NCBI GenBank assembly: GCA_017511375.1
Contig: JAFWKJ010000018.1
Location: forward strand, 75,115 to 139,114
Length of the DNA: 64,000 nt
Direction of reading: 5' to 3'
DNA from: Bacilli bacterium
Lineage (GTDB): Bacteria > Bacillota_I > Bacilli_A > RF39 > UBA660
Below are positions 27,898 through 37,480 of this stretch, in pieces (within the stretch, counting starts at the first letter, position 1; the number at the start of each line of letters is the position of its first letter). The notes under the pieces were generated by a model. The model ran no database searches, was not told the origin of the DNA, and was given only the letters and a program-made list of their open reading frames with translations. A program made the translations under genes and the position numbers.

Positions 27898-28393
27898 AGC
27901 AATTAAAACAAAAAACCTAAAATTAGCGCGTGTAAAATACTTTAATGGAGAAACAAAAGGGGCAGAATTAAATGATATTGATGCTTATGTGTTTCTATTA
28001 AATACAGGAAATACTTATATTAATGTTTTTGATTTAACAGATAATATAACAGTTTATGATCGATCTGTTTATCCAAATGTGATGGATGATGGAGAAGAAT
28101 TTGGTACTAGACTTGTTTGTGTTTCTGGAGAGGTTGAAAGTGGGCCTTGTTATGTGATTGAGCCAATTAAAGGAGATTCTTTGATTGGTTCAGAAACGGT
28201 AAGTTTAGGGGATTTAAAAGAATTTGTCTATCAGTCAGAATTGTTTTTTGTAGATCGTATTCATTTGCTTGAAGAGGAAAGAACTATGAAAAAAATGAAA
28301 ATGAGACACATTATAAAAGATGATCAAAGGAAAATGAGCTCTCTACAAGATTATTTTGAAAGACACGAAGGTTCTAAACAATATATAAAATAG
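27887..28393 (+). CDS. Hypothetical protein, translationally coupled to sufU
   Basis: Its start overlaps the sufU stop by 11 nt and it has a GGAGG RBS. No recognisable family was seen. Confidence 0.4.
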   Translation: MGNKAIKTKNLKLARVKYFNGETKGAELNDIDAYVFLLNTGNTYINVFDLTDNITVYDRSVYPNVMDDGEEFGTRLVCVSGEVESGPCYVIEPIKGDSLIGSETVSLGDLKEFVYQSELFFVDRIHLLEEERTMKKMKMRHIIKDDQRKMSSLQDYFERHEGSKQYIK

Positions 28394-28558
28394 AAATTCT
28401 TATGAATTTCTTTTTTTATGATTTCTTTTTTATTCTTTTGCAATTTTACTTATAAAAACTTAATAATTGCCCTTGTTATTCCATTTGATTTTTGTATTTC
28501 TTGCATTTGTACTCTCTTCTTTTTTATCATAGACTATTCCCACGAAGGGAGGTGAAGC

Positions 28559-28894
28559 ATGCTTAATCAAATTGTATTAGTTGGAAGATTAACAAGGGAT
28601 ATTGTAGTAAATAAATCTGATAAAGGAGTCAAAGTTGCTACCATCTGTTTAGCGATTCCTCGTTCTTTTAAGAATAGTGAAGGAACCTATGATACGGATT
28701 TTGTTGAATGTACTGCTTTTGACTCGATAGCGGAAAATACAAGTGAGTATTGTTCGAAAGGAGATATTGTTGGAGTAAAGGGGAGAATTCAATCTAGAGT
28801 TAAAGAAGAGGATGAACACAAAGAAACATATTTAGAGGTTGTTGCAGAAAAAGTAACATTCTTATCTAGTAAGAAACAAGAAGAAGCAGAGTAA
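28559..28894 (+). CDS. ssb: Single-stranded DNA-binding protein, short form lacking the acidic C-terminal tip (SsbB-like)
   Basis: The OB-fold reads IVLVGRLTRDIV...VKVATICLAIPRSFKN...DFVECTAF. The protein is 111 aa and has no DDDIPF-type tail. Confidence 0.8.
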   Translation: MLNQIVLVGRLTRDIVVNKSDKGVKVATICLAIPRSFKNSEGTYDTDFVECTAFDSIAENTSEYCSKGDIVGVKGRIQSRVKEEDEHKETYLEVVAEKVTFLSSKKQEEAE

Positions 28895-28918
28895 TCTGCT
28901 TTTTCTTTAGGAGGATAT

Positions 28919-29808
28919 ATGAATTATTATAATGAAATAAAAAATAAACTAATTGACAATGAAATATATGAGAAAGTAAAAGACTACTCCAAAGAAAGGA
29001 ATAGAGCAAAAACTTATTTTGAAATAGGTAAATTACTTAGTAAAGCAGAAAAAAAGTATGGAGAGTCAATTATAGAGAAATACTCACAGAAGTTAGTTAT
29101 AGAGGTAGGTAAAAAGTATAATAAGAGAACGTTGTTAGAATGAGACAATTTTATTTAGTGTTTCGTGATAGAAAAGTGTCCCCGTTGGGGACACAATTGT
29201 CTTGGAGCCATTGTAGATCATTATTATCGGTAAAAGATTATGATGAAATTAATTATTATATTAATTTAACAATTAATCAAAACTTATCAAAAAGAGAATT
29301 AGAATTTAGAATAAAATCAAAAGAATATGAACGATTAGATGATGAAACGAAAAACAAATTAATAAATCTAGAACAAGTCGCAGTGTTAGATTTTGTTAAG
29401 AAACCAATATGCATTAAAAATAGTAATAATTATGAAGAAATATCTGAAAAAGTATTAAAGAAATTGATACTTGAAGATATAGATGATTTTCTATTAGAGT
29501 TAGGTGATGGTTTTTGTTATATCAAAAACGAATATAAAATAAGACTAGGTGATAGATATAACTATATAGATTTGCTTTTATATAATATTAAGTATAAGTG
29601 CTATGCAGTTGTGGAACTTAAAGTTACTGAACTTAAAAGTGAGCATATTGGACAAATCGAAAAGTATATGAATTATATAGATATGAATATTAAAACTATT
29701 GAAGAAGATAAAACTATAGGCATAATAATATGTAAGCAAGATAATGAGTACGTTGTAAAGTATTGTTCTGATGATAGAATTATTTCTAGAGAGTATAAAC
29801 TTACATGA
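28919..29808 (+). pseudogene. DUF1016 / YhcG-family PD-(D/E)XK nuclease gene with a frameshift at 29140
   Basis: The 74-aa ORF (..YFEIGKLL..GKKYNKRTLLE*) and the 222-aa ORF (MRQFYLVFR..QLSWSHCRSLL...IDLLLYN..VVELK) together give the DUF1016 N-terminal and C-terminal motifs. Adding one A at gaATG would fuse them in frame (..TLLEMRQFY..). Confidence 0.6.
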
Positions 29809-29848
29809 TATAATGATTATGTAATAGTAAAGAGAAGTGATTAAACAC

Positions 29849-30385
29849 ATGAAAAATAAAAAGCTAATTAGGATTATAATGTTAGTATTATCTTTGATAA
29901 TTATCATCTCAAAAATAATAACAGTCATATGGAATACCTACTATGCTTATTACTGGTATACTCCGTTTCAAAAAGTTGTTGATGCTCTTAAAGTTGTTAG
30001 TAACGGTCCTATGATGGCAATATCTGCATTTTGTTTGTTGAATTATTTTTTGTTAGGATACAAAGTAAAAGAAAAGGATAGTAACGATGACAAGAATAGA
30101 AGTAGCAAGAACAAAATAGTTTCTAAATTATTACAGATAATAGGAATTATTATTTTTATTATTTGTGTGGGGGAATGGATTATAATTATTGGAAATGTTT
30201 TAATATCTCCGTTTAGAGGGGCTTCTTTTTGGGGAAATACTTATTATGGGTTGGATGCTCTTTCTTTGTCGTTAATGATGACTATCGTCGCTCTTTGGAG
30301 ATATCCTATGATACTTGTTTCTTTGGTTTATATTATTATTTACTTAGGAATTTTGAAAAAGAAGAAGAAAAAAGAAATAGATTAA
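29849..30385 (+). CDS. Hypothetical membrane protein (4-5 TM)
   Basis: The protein is hydrophobic, with start MKNKKLIRIIMLVL. No family was assigned. Confidence 0.4.
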   Translation: MKNKKLIRIIMLVLSLIIIISKIITVIWNTYYAYYWYTPFQKVVDALKVVSNGPMMAISAFCLLNYFLLGYKVKEKDSNDDKNRSSKNKIVSKLLQIIGIIIFIICVGEWIIIIGNVLISPFRGASFWGNTYYGLDALSLSLMMTIVALWRYPMILVSLVYIIIYLGILKKKKKKEID

Positions 30386-30530
30386 TGATTTGTTTCTTTT
30401 TTTATAAAGAATTTGTTATGAATACCATAGAGAGTTTATAAATGATTAAAACTTGCAATTCTATAATCTGTATTGTAAACTTAATATAGAGAATGTTCAT
30501 AATAGCTTTTTAAGGATGGGAGGAAATATT

Positions 30531-30875
30531 GTGGAAGAAAAAGATTTAAATATAGAACCAGGTGCTCTTCCAGAATTGGAAGAAGATGTAATTCCAACGG
30601 AAGATGTTCAGGATAATGAAGATAGATTAGGGGATGTTGTTCCTTGTGAATATGTTGCTATTGAGCAAGATGAAGGGGAAGCTTTTGATATGTCTGGAAA
30701 TTCTGATGATGGTTTTTATGATGATGTTGGATATATAACTCCTACCGTTTCAACGGATCAAATGGTAGATATCGTTTCTCAAGTTGAAGAAAATGAGTCA
30801 AATAGTTTAGAAGAGGAAGTAATTCCAAATGAATACAATACAGCGGATGATGAACAATTAGATGATGTTGCTTAA
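30531..30875 (+). CDS. Hypothetical highly acidic protein
   Basis: A GTG start lies 7 nt after GGGAGG and the protein is D/E-rich. The alternative start is the ATG at 30516. Confidence 0.3.
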   Translation: MEEKDLNIEPGALPELEEDVIPTEDVQDNEDRLGDVVPCEYVAIEQDEGEAFDMSGNSDDGFYDDVGYITPTVSTDQMVDIVSQVEENESNSLEEEVIPNEYNTADDEQLDDVA

Positions 30876-30934
30876 AGGAAAATAATACTTTCCTTTTTTG
30901 TTTGTGTTATAATATATTTATAATAGGTGATAAT

Positions 30935-31342
30935 ATGAATGTGATAGTTAGAAAATATAAAGAAGAAGATTTTGAAAGTGTAGATAAAATTTTGTTTCAA
31001 ACATTTGGGTATCATAAGGAGAATATCCGAGATTCTAGAGTATATGAATTTGTGGCGTGTCTTGATCATACGATTGTTGGATATTTCAATTTGATGGAAG
31101 AAATCGATGTGGTCTTAAATATTAAGATATATCATGTGGGGTACGTATCTATTGATCCGCAATATAGAGGTCAAGGATTTGGGCGTCAGATGATGGAATA
31201 TGCGATTCAATATGCTAAAGACAATCATGTGGCACGCATGGAACTAACATCTGGAAATCAAAGAGAAGTGGCTCATAAACTATATCATTCTCTTGGCTTT
31301 GAGAAGAGAGATACGTCGGTTTTTAGAAAGGAGTTCATATGA
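30935..31342 (+). CDS. GNAT family N-acetyltransferase
   Basis: The acetyl-CoA binding motif reads VSIDPQYRGQGFGRQMMEYAI. The RBS AGGTGA precedes the ATG at 30935. Confidence 0.75.
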   Translation: MNVIVRKYKEEDFESVDKILFQTFGYHKENIRDSRVYEFVACLDHTIVGYFNLMEEIDVVLNIKIYHVGYVSIDPQYRGQGFGRQMMEYAIQYAKDNHVARMELTSGNQREVAHKLYHSLGFEKRDTSVFRKEFI

Positions 31343-32565
31343 TATTAGATATTATTAATAAAAAGAGATTAGGAAAGGAATTATCCTATCAAGAATTGGA
31401 TACTATTTTCAATGGATATTTAAATGGAGAAGTTGCTGACTATCAAATGAGTGCCTTGTTGATGGCTATTTGTATCAATGGTATGAGTGATGAAGAGACG
31501 TTTGCCTTAACGAAGATTTTTATCGATAGTGGGGACATTTTAGATTTTAGTGATTTACCAGGAATCAAAGTGGATAAACACTCTACTGGCGGAATTGGAG
31601 ATAAAACAACTCTTGTAATCGTTCCTATTGTTGCAGCTTGTGGTGGAACGGTTGTAAAAATGAGCGGTAGAGGATTAGGCTATACGGGAGGAACCATAGA
31701 CAAATTGGAAAGTATTCCAGGATATCGAATTGATCTTACAGAAGGAGAAATCATGAAGCAAGTCTATAATATTGGCCTTGTTGTTACAGGACAAACAGCT
31801 GATTTGGTTCCTATGGATAAAGTTGTTTATGCTTTAAGGGATGTTAGTTCAACTGTGTCCTCTGTTCCACTAATTGCTTCTAGTATAATGAGTAAGAAGA
31901 TTGCCTGCGGTGCTGACAAAATTATTATAGATATTAAAGTGGGAAATGGGGCTTTAATTCAAACAAAAGAAGAGGCAAAAAAACTTTCTGAACTTATGAT
32001 TCGTATTGGAGAATTTTACAATCGAGAGGTTAGAACTGTTATTAGTGATATGAATACACCATTGGGAATTACTGTAGGAAATAGTTTAGAAGTATTGGAG
32101 GCTATTGACGTACTAAAGGGGAGAGAAAAGAACAATCCTTTTGTAGATTTATGTATTGAGTTGGCATCTGAGATGGTGAGTATGTCTTTAGAGATCCCTG
32201 TGAAAGAAGCAAAAGAAAAAGTATTACAAGTTATTGAAGATCGTTCGGCTTATCATAAATTCGAAGAAATGGTTGCTTCACAAAAGGGACATTTGGATAA
32301 GATTAAGGTTAGTGATAAAACTTATTTTATTCGATCTCCTCAAGCGGGTGTTATTAAAAGAATTAATGCACTAGCGATTGGAAAACTAGTATTTCAATTG
32401 GGAGCTTCTAAAGAAGAAATGGATGATAAGATTGATTTTACTGTAGGTGTTAAATTGAATAAATTAGTAGGAGATTCTGTGAAAAAAGGAGAGGTTATAG
32501 CGACTATTTTTTACAAAAAGAAAGTTCCTGAAATAAAAATTGAAAATATTTACACTTTTGAATAA
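31339..32565 (+). CDS. pdp: Pyrimidine-nucleoside phosphorylase
   Basis: The sequences DKHSTGGIGDKTTL and SGRGLGYTGGTIDKLE match the thymidine/pyrimidine-nucleoside phosphorylase family. Confidence 0.92.
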   Translation: MILDIINKKRLGKELSYQELDTIFNGYLNGEVADYQMSALLMAICINGMSDEETFALTKIFIDSGDILDFSDLPGIKVDKHSTGGIGDKTTLVIVPIVAACGGTVVKMSGRGLGYTGGTIDKLESIPGYRIDLTEGEIMKQVYNIGLVVTGQTADLVPMDKVVYALRDVSSTVSSVPLIASSIMSKKIACGADKIIIDIKVGNGALIQTKEEAKKLSELMIRIGEFYNREVRTVISDMNTPLGITVGNSLEVLEAIDVLKGREKNNPFVDLCIELASEMVSMSLEIPVKEAKEKVLQVIEDRSAYHKFEEMVASQKGHLDKIKVSDKTYFIRSPQAGVIKRINALAIGKLVFQLGASKEEMDDKIDFTVGVKLNKLVGDSVKKGEVIATIFYKKKVPEIKIENIYTFE

Positions 32566-32627
32566 ATAAAGTGTTTGATTTTGTTGAAATTATGTTATAA
32601 TTGTTTTATAAGGTAAGGTGAAAAAAT

Positions 32628-33959
32628 ATGGAAAAAATTTACGAAGAAAAAAGTAGCTCTCAAAGAAGTTCAAAATCAAGTTTATCTATTATTTTGTCAT
32701 TTGTAGTAGCTATTTTTGCGATTATGTCCTTAATTGTTGCAGGATTTAATCAAATAAGTTATGCTGCTCCAACAGAAGGGTCTACATCTGTAGAAGATAT
32801 GGCACCAACTCCAGAATTTCTAATGCAAGGAACTAAACAGGTTGGTCTTCTTGTTTCTGGTGTATGGAGGAATAATGGTGGGGAAACTAAAGAAGGATCA
32901 TTCTTTATTCCAATCATGTATAACCACAATCTATCAGATGAAGAAAATTTTAGCAATTATTATTTGTTTTGTATCCAACAAGGAAGAGAAATTGAAGAAG
33001 GTGGAAATTATCAAGAGGTATCAGAAAGCGCAGTTAATGAGAGCTTTAATAGTGATGGTGTATCATATATATTGAGCAAAAGTTCCCTTCTAGGTGGAGA
33101 AGGAATTGCTATTGATAAATCACAAATATCTAGTGGTAATAACAAATATATTGAGTATTATGCTACGCAAATTGCTATTTGGTTATATTTAGATGAATCA
33201 GCACCATCAGTTGTTAATGGTGTAGCTAATCCATATCATGGAAAATTAAATGTACGTCAAACTAATGGAGATGGAAATGAAGCTGTTGAAAATGATTATA
33301 CACCAATGGAAGTAATTACAAACGCTACAAAATTAGAATTGATAAAACTGGATGATGATGTTGATTTAACTGAAATTGCAAATGGATCTACACTAGGTAC
33401 CTTCAAGGATAAAATTAATACAAAAGTTTCGGTTGCAAAGAATCCTCCTAAACCATCTGTCACTTCAAAATTAGCATCAGCGGATGTTTCATTATTGGAT
33501 GATGGAAAAACTTATCAAACAGATAAAATTGAGGCAGATGTTAAAAATGGAACATTAACTGGTTATGAAGTACTTTTATCTGGAATTAAAGAGGCTTATG
33601 TAGTGGATGAAAATGGAAATAAGGTAGCCGATGACAAGATGTTTCGCCCTAATGAGAAATTCCGTATTCGTGTTCCTAAAGATAAAGTAACGGAAAAGAA
33701 TAGTACAGTATATGTTACAATTTTTGGTTATTTTGAGAATGTTAATCAAGGAGAATATTATGCACTATCTGATTCTCAGGCGGTAACTAAAGTTACTACG
33801 ACTCAACTTCGTACGGAAAATGAAAAACCTATTAATTTCTTAGTTAGTCCTGATACAGGAATGACTACTGCCCAAACAATTTATTTTATTGGTCTAATTG
33901 TATTGTTATGTGGTGTTGGAATTATTTATGCAAATGCCAAACCTGTTGAAGAAAAGTAA
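32628..33959 (+). CDS. Cell-wall-anchored surface protein with an SPxTG-type sorting signal
   Basis: An N-terminal signal/TM is present. The C-terminus reads LVSPDTG, then the hydrophobic stretch MTTAQTIYFIGLIVLLCGVGIIY, then the basic tail KPVEEK. Confidence 0.6.
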   Translation: MEKIYEEKSSSQRSSKSSLSIILSFVVAIFAIMSLIVAGFNQISYAAPTEGSTSVEDMAPTPEFLMQGTKQVGLLVSGVWRNNGGETKEGSFFIPIMYNHNLSDEENFSNYYLFCIQQGREIEEGGNYQEVSESAVNESFNSDGVSYILSKSSLLGGEGIAIDKSQISSGNNKYIEYYATQIAIWLYLDESAPSVVNGVANPYHGKLNVRQTNGDGNEAVENDYTPMEVITNATKLELIKLDDDVDLTEIANGSTLGTFKDKINTKVSVAKNPPKPSVTSKLASADVSLLDDGKTYQTDKIEADVKNGTLTGYEVLLSGIKEAYVVDENGNKVADDKMFRPNEKFRIRVPKDKVTEKNSTVYVTIFGYFENVNQGEYYALSDSQAVTKVTTTQLRTENEKPINFLVSPDTGMTTAQTIYFIGLIVLLCGVGIIYANAKPVEEK

Positions 33960-34575
33960 AAAGTTAAAAAAGAGCCAGGTATTGCTGATTGGCTCTTTAC
34001 TTATTTTTGGGGGAAGTATTTTTCTATCATGGAATTATTTATTACGAATGAGAGACGAAGTTTTTTCAAATATGAAGTTAGCCATGATGGATACTACACC
34101 ATCGGAGGAGACATCACAAGAGAATCCTTTGATGATTGGTTCGGAACAATATGAGGAACAATATACAGTAGACTATAGTAAATATTTTGGAGTATTGGAA
34201 ATACCCCGAATTGGGTTAAAAAGGGGATTCTACAACGTTGGATCAAAATATAATGACATTCAATATAATGTAACAATGACAGAAAAATCTACAATGCCAT
34301 CAGAAGGTCATGGGAATCTTGCTTTGATGGCACATTCTGGAGATTCTTATATCTCATATTTTGCTTATTTGTATCGTCTGAGTGTGGGAGATGATTGTTA
34401 TATTACATATAATGGAATTGTTTATCATTATCAAATAAAGCAAATATATAATGTTAATAAGACAGGATTAGTTATCATTGATTGGGAACCATCCAATATG
34501 AGTTTAACGCTTATTACTTGTACGAAAGATGATGAAACAAAACAAACTATCTACGTTGCAGAATTTATTGACTAG
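33928..34575 (+). CDS. Sortase (class B-like)
   Basis: An N-terminal TM, a LMAHSG His region and the TLITC active-site Cys motif are present. The gene overlaps the substrate gene's 3' end. Confidence 0.7.
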   Translation: MQMPNLLKKSKKLKKSQVLLIGSLLIFGGSIFLSWNYLLRMRDEVFSNMKLAMMDTTPSEETSQENPLMIGSEQYEEQYTVDYSKYFGVLEIPRIGLKRGFYNVGSKYNDIQYNVTMTEKSTMPSEGHGNLALMAHSGDSYISYFAYLYRLSVGDDCYITYNGIVYHYQIKQIYNVNKTGLVIIDWEPSNMSLTLITCTKDDETKQTIYVAEFID

Positions 34576-34589
34576 AAGAAGGTGATAAG

Positions 34590-35168
34590 ATGAATTTGTC
34601 TTTATTTGAAAAAATTGGTGTAATATTTCGCTATATTTTTTCTTCATTTTTATCAATAGAAATTTTGATTATCAGTCTTCTTTTATTTGCTATTTTGATA
34701 TTTAATATAAAAAGAAATAATAGAATGGTACAAATTGCTGCGATAGGAGTATATTTAGGATTTATTTTAGGAATTCTTATTAGTTATACCTCTTATGTTC
34801 AAACTTCTTTTGATTCTTTTGTGAAAGAAGTAATGAATTATATTTATTTTCCTTCAACGATTGTTTATTTCTTTATCATGGTATTTGTAATAGGAATGAT
34901 GATTTATACTATTTTTAGTAAGAAATTAACCATTTTAAAGAAAGTTATTAATTATGCTATTTTTAGTATTATGTTTTTCTTCTTTGTATCTTTCCTTTCT
35001 TTAGCAGCATATAATGCCTATGATTTAATTGATATTACTAAGTTATATGAAAATGATGTTATTTTATCTATTATACAAGTGAGTAATTTATTGCTATTTA
35101 TATGGCTTATATTTACTGGGTTTTATCATTTGTATCATTTTTATAAGAAAAAATTTGATAAAGAATAA
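34590..35168 (+). CDS. Hypothetical membrane protein (5-6 TM)
   Basis: The protein is hydrophobic throughout. The RBS GAAGGTGA is present. Confidence 0.4.
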   Translation: MNLSLFEKIGVIFRYIFSSFLSIEILIISLLLFAILIFNIKRNNRMVQIAAIGVYLGFILGILISYTSYVQTSFDSFVKEVMNYIYFPSTIVYFFIMVFVIGMMIYTIFSKKLTILKKVINYAIFSIMFFFFVSFLSLAAYNAYDLIDITKLYENDVILSIIQVSNLLLFIWLIFTGFYHLYHFYKKKFDKE

Positions 35169-35195
35169 AGATTGGTTTCACCAATCTTTTTTTAT
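35168..35195 (+). terminator. Rho-independent terminator
   Basis: The hairpin AAAGATTGGTTTCACCAATCTTTTTTT is present. Confidence 0.55.
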
Positions 35196-35241
35196 GCATA
35201 AAAATAGTTTTTTATACATAGAGAATGATAGGAGGAAATAT

Positions 35242-36378
35242 ATGAAAAAATGGATTCTTTTATTTCTACTATTATTGATTCCATATAAAAGTATGGCTGA
35301 AGAGTTAATTCCTAATGGAAATAGTGGTGTTTTAATAGAGGCTGGTAGTGGAAAAATATTATATGAAAAGAATAGTCATGAACGTTCTAGTGTTGCTTCT
35401 TTAACAAAAATGGTTGCGCAAATTATCATTTTAGAGGAAATAGAGAAAGGTAAAATTCATTGGGATGATGTTGTGACTATTAGTCATCATGCAAGTAGTA
35501 TGGGGGGATCTCAGATATATTTAGCTGAAGGAGAGAAGATGACGGTTAGAGATTTAATGAAAGGAATTAGTGTTGCGAGTGGAAATGATGCAACAGTTGC
35601 TATGGCTGAGTATATTGGGGGAAGTGAGGAAAAATTTGTAGAAAGAATGAATGAAGTGGTAAAACAAATGGGATTAAAAGATACGCATTTTGTAAACAGT
35701 ACGGGGTTGGATGAAGAGGATCATTACTCTAGTGGTTATGATATGGCTATGATTGCAAGAGAATTAGTCATGAATCATTCTAAAGTTTTGGAGTTTTCTT
35801 CTATTTATGAAGATTATTTACGAGAAAATAGTGATCAAAAGTTTTGGTTAGTGAATACCAATAAGCTCATTCGCTTTTATGAAGGGGCGGATGGATTAAA
35901 GACAGGTCATACAGATGATGCGGGTTATTGTTTAGCGGCTACTGCGAAAAGAGATAATATGCGCTTAATTGGAATTGTTTTGGGTGAAAAAGATAGTAAA
36001 GTACGAAATCAAGAAGTCATGGACTTGTTGGATTATGGATTTCAAACGGCACAAATGAAGTGTTTATTAAAAAAAGGAACACAAATGGATATGGTGACTA
36101 TGGATCTAGCAACCCCTTCTGAAATACCCATTGTTTTAAAAGAAGATTTGTGTGTGTTGGAAGAAAAGGGACAAGATAAAAAATATCAATATGAACTAAA
36201 ACTACAATTTCCGAGTTTACCTGTACAAAAGGGAGATGTTGTTGGGAAAGTTGATGTATTATATCATCAGAAAAAACTTTCAAGTGGGGACTTAATGGTA
36301 TCTTTTGATGTTCAATCTCTTTCCTTTATGAGTTTTGTCAAAAAAACATTGTTAAATTTACTATATGGTGTACTTTAG
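35242..36378 (+). CDS. dacA: D-alanyl-D-alanine carboxypeptidase (PBP5-type)
   Basis: The signal peptide is MKKWILLFLLLLIPYKSMA. The motifs SLTKMV (SxxK), SGNDA (SxN) and KTG are present. The RBS AGGAGG precedes the ATG at 35242. Confidence 0.85.
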   Translation: MKKWILLFLLLLIPYKSMAEELIPNGNSGVLIEAGSGKILYEKNSHERSSVASLTKMVAQIIILEEIEKGKIHWDDVVTISHHASSMGGSQIYLAEGEKMTVRDLMKGISVASGNDATVAMAEYIGGSEEKFVERMNEVVKQMGLKDTHFVNSTGLDEEDHYSSGYDMAMIARELVMNHSKVLEFSSIYEDYLRENSDQKFWLVNTNKLIRFYEGADGLKTGHTDDAGYCLAATAKRDNMRLIGIVLGEKDSKVRNQEVMDLLDYGFQTAQMKCLLKKGTQMDMVTMDLATPSEIPIVLKEDLCVLEEKGQDKKYQYELKLQFPSLPVQKGDVVGKVDVLYHQKKLSSGDLMVSFDVQSLSFMSFVKKTLLNLLYGVL

Positions 36379-36436
36379 TATATGTACACCTATTTTTTTG
36401 TGTTATAATGTTATTTGTTAGATAGGATGATGAAAG

Positions 36437-37417
36437 ATGAGTAAGAAGAAAAACAGACCATATAAATATAACGCTAAAAGTAGATTAACACCTAATTCTC
36501 AATCTTTTCCTTTTAAAGTAAATAGTATTAAGAAAGATGTAGTTACGAACTTAGAAAACACACTTACTAAACTTCGTGTGATTGATGATTCACAAGAAAA
36601 AACGGAAACGCTAGATGATGGTTTTTTAGGAGGAAGAGTTGAACATAAGGAAGAAAAAAAGAAACAAAAGAAAAAAGAAGTTTCTTTGCAACAAAGAGAA
36701 AAAGTAGTTCATGTACTAGCAGCCCTAAAAAAAGTGGTTTTAACGATTTCTTTTATTGGAACTATTATAGTCATCATTATGCTTGGTTATCATTTTGGAG
36801 GACAAGTTGTTTCTTATTTTCATCAAACTACAAAGAATAGAGTTGCTACAAGTTCTAAGAAAGCTTCTTCTATTGATGATAATTATGTGTTTGTAGGAGA
36901 CTTTCATACTCGTAATTTTGCTTTTGAGGATTATGCTTTTGATTATCATTATGTAAAAGAGGCGAATGATCATTTGACTACTTCTGAGTTGTTAGATCAT
37001 ATGAAGAATATGATTTATGATTATAATCCATCTATTATTTTTATTGAGGTTGGTATGATGGATTTAGATAATGGATTATCACAAGAAGAGTTTGTGGAAA
37101 ATTATGGAAAAATTTTGGATCAAATCACGATGCATAGACCTCATGCGAATGTCTATATTGAATCTATTTATCCTATTAATCCAGCTTTAAATGATAGTGA
37201 TATTATTCAAGATACTATGACAAATAAAATGATTAAAAACTATAATTTGGCTTTAAAATCATTAGCAATTGATAAAAATGTACAATACTTAGATTTATAT
37301 GCTAAATTAAGTAAAAAAGATACATTAGATCCTCAATATACAGATGATGGGGTATCTTTAAATAGTAGAGGGTATCAGGTTGTTTATAAAGAAATTAAAG
37401 ATGTGATAGGGAATTAA
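36437..37417 (+). CDS. Membrane-anchored SGNH/GDSL-like hydrolase-fold protein, possibly catalytically altered
   Basis: A basic N-terminus and a TM are present. Block I reads VGDFHT where GDSxx is expected, and the C-terminal block reads DDGVS where DGxH is expected. Confidence 0.45.
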   Translation: MSKKKNRPYKYNAKSRLTPNSQSFPFKVNSIKKDVVTNLENTLTKLRVIDDSQEKTETLDDGFLGGRVEHKEEKKKQKKKEVSLQQREKVVHVLAALKKVVLTISFIGTIIVIIMLGYHFGGQVVSYFHQTTKNRVATSSKKASSIDDNYVFVGDFHTRNFAFEDYAFDYHYVKEANDHLTTSELLDHMKNMIYDYNPSIIFIEVGMMDLDNGLSQEEFVENYGKILDQITMHRPHANVYIESIYPINPALNDSDIIQDTMTNKMIKNYNLALKSLAIDKNVQYLDLYAKLSKKDTLDPQYTDDGVSLNSRGYQVVYKEIKDVIGN

Positions 37418-37419
37418 AA

Positions 37420-37448
37420 AGATTAGAGTTCTAATCTTTTTTTTCATA
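37420..37448 (+). terminator. Rho-independent terminator
   Basis: The hairpin AAAAGATTAGAGTTCTAATCTTTTTTTT is present. Confidence 0.55.
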
Positions 37449-37480
37449 CATAAGATACATTAGAAAGCGAGGATATCATT

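Noticed and set aside
28919-29143. Treating the 74-aa ORF as an independent small gene
   Set aside because: Its sequence continues the DUF1016 N-terminal motif that resumes in the overlapping downstream ORF. It is the 5' piece of a frameshifted gene.
29578-30441. Minus-strand ORF 29578-29928 and plus-strand ORF 30229-30441
   Set aside because: They overlap better-supported genes, the DUF1016 C-terminus and the membrane protein. They have no RBS and the Ile/Tyr-rich translations are typical of AT-rich noise.
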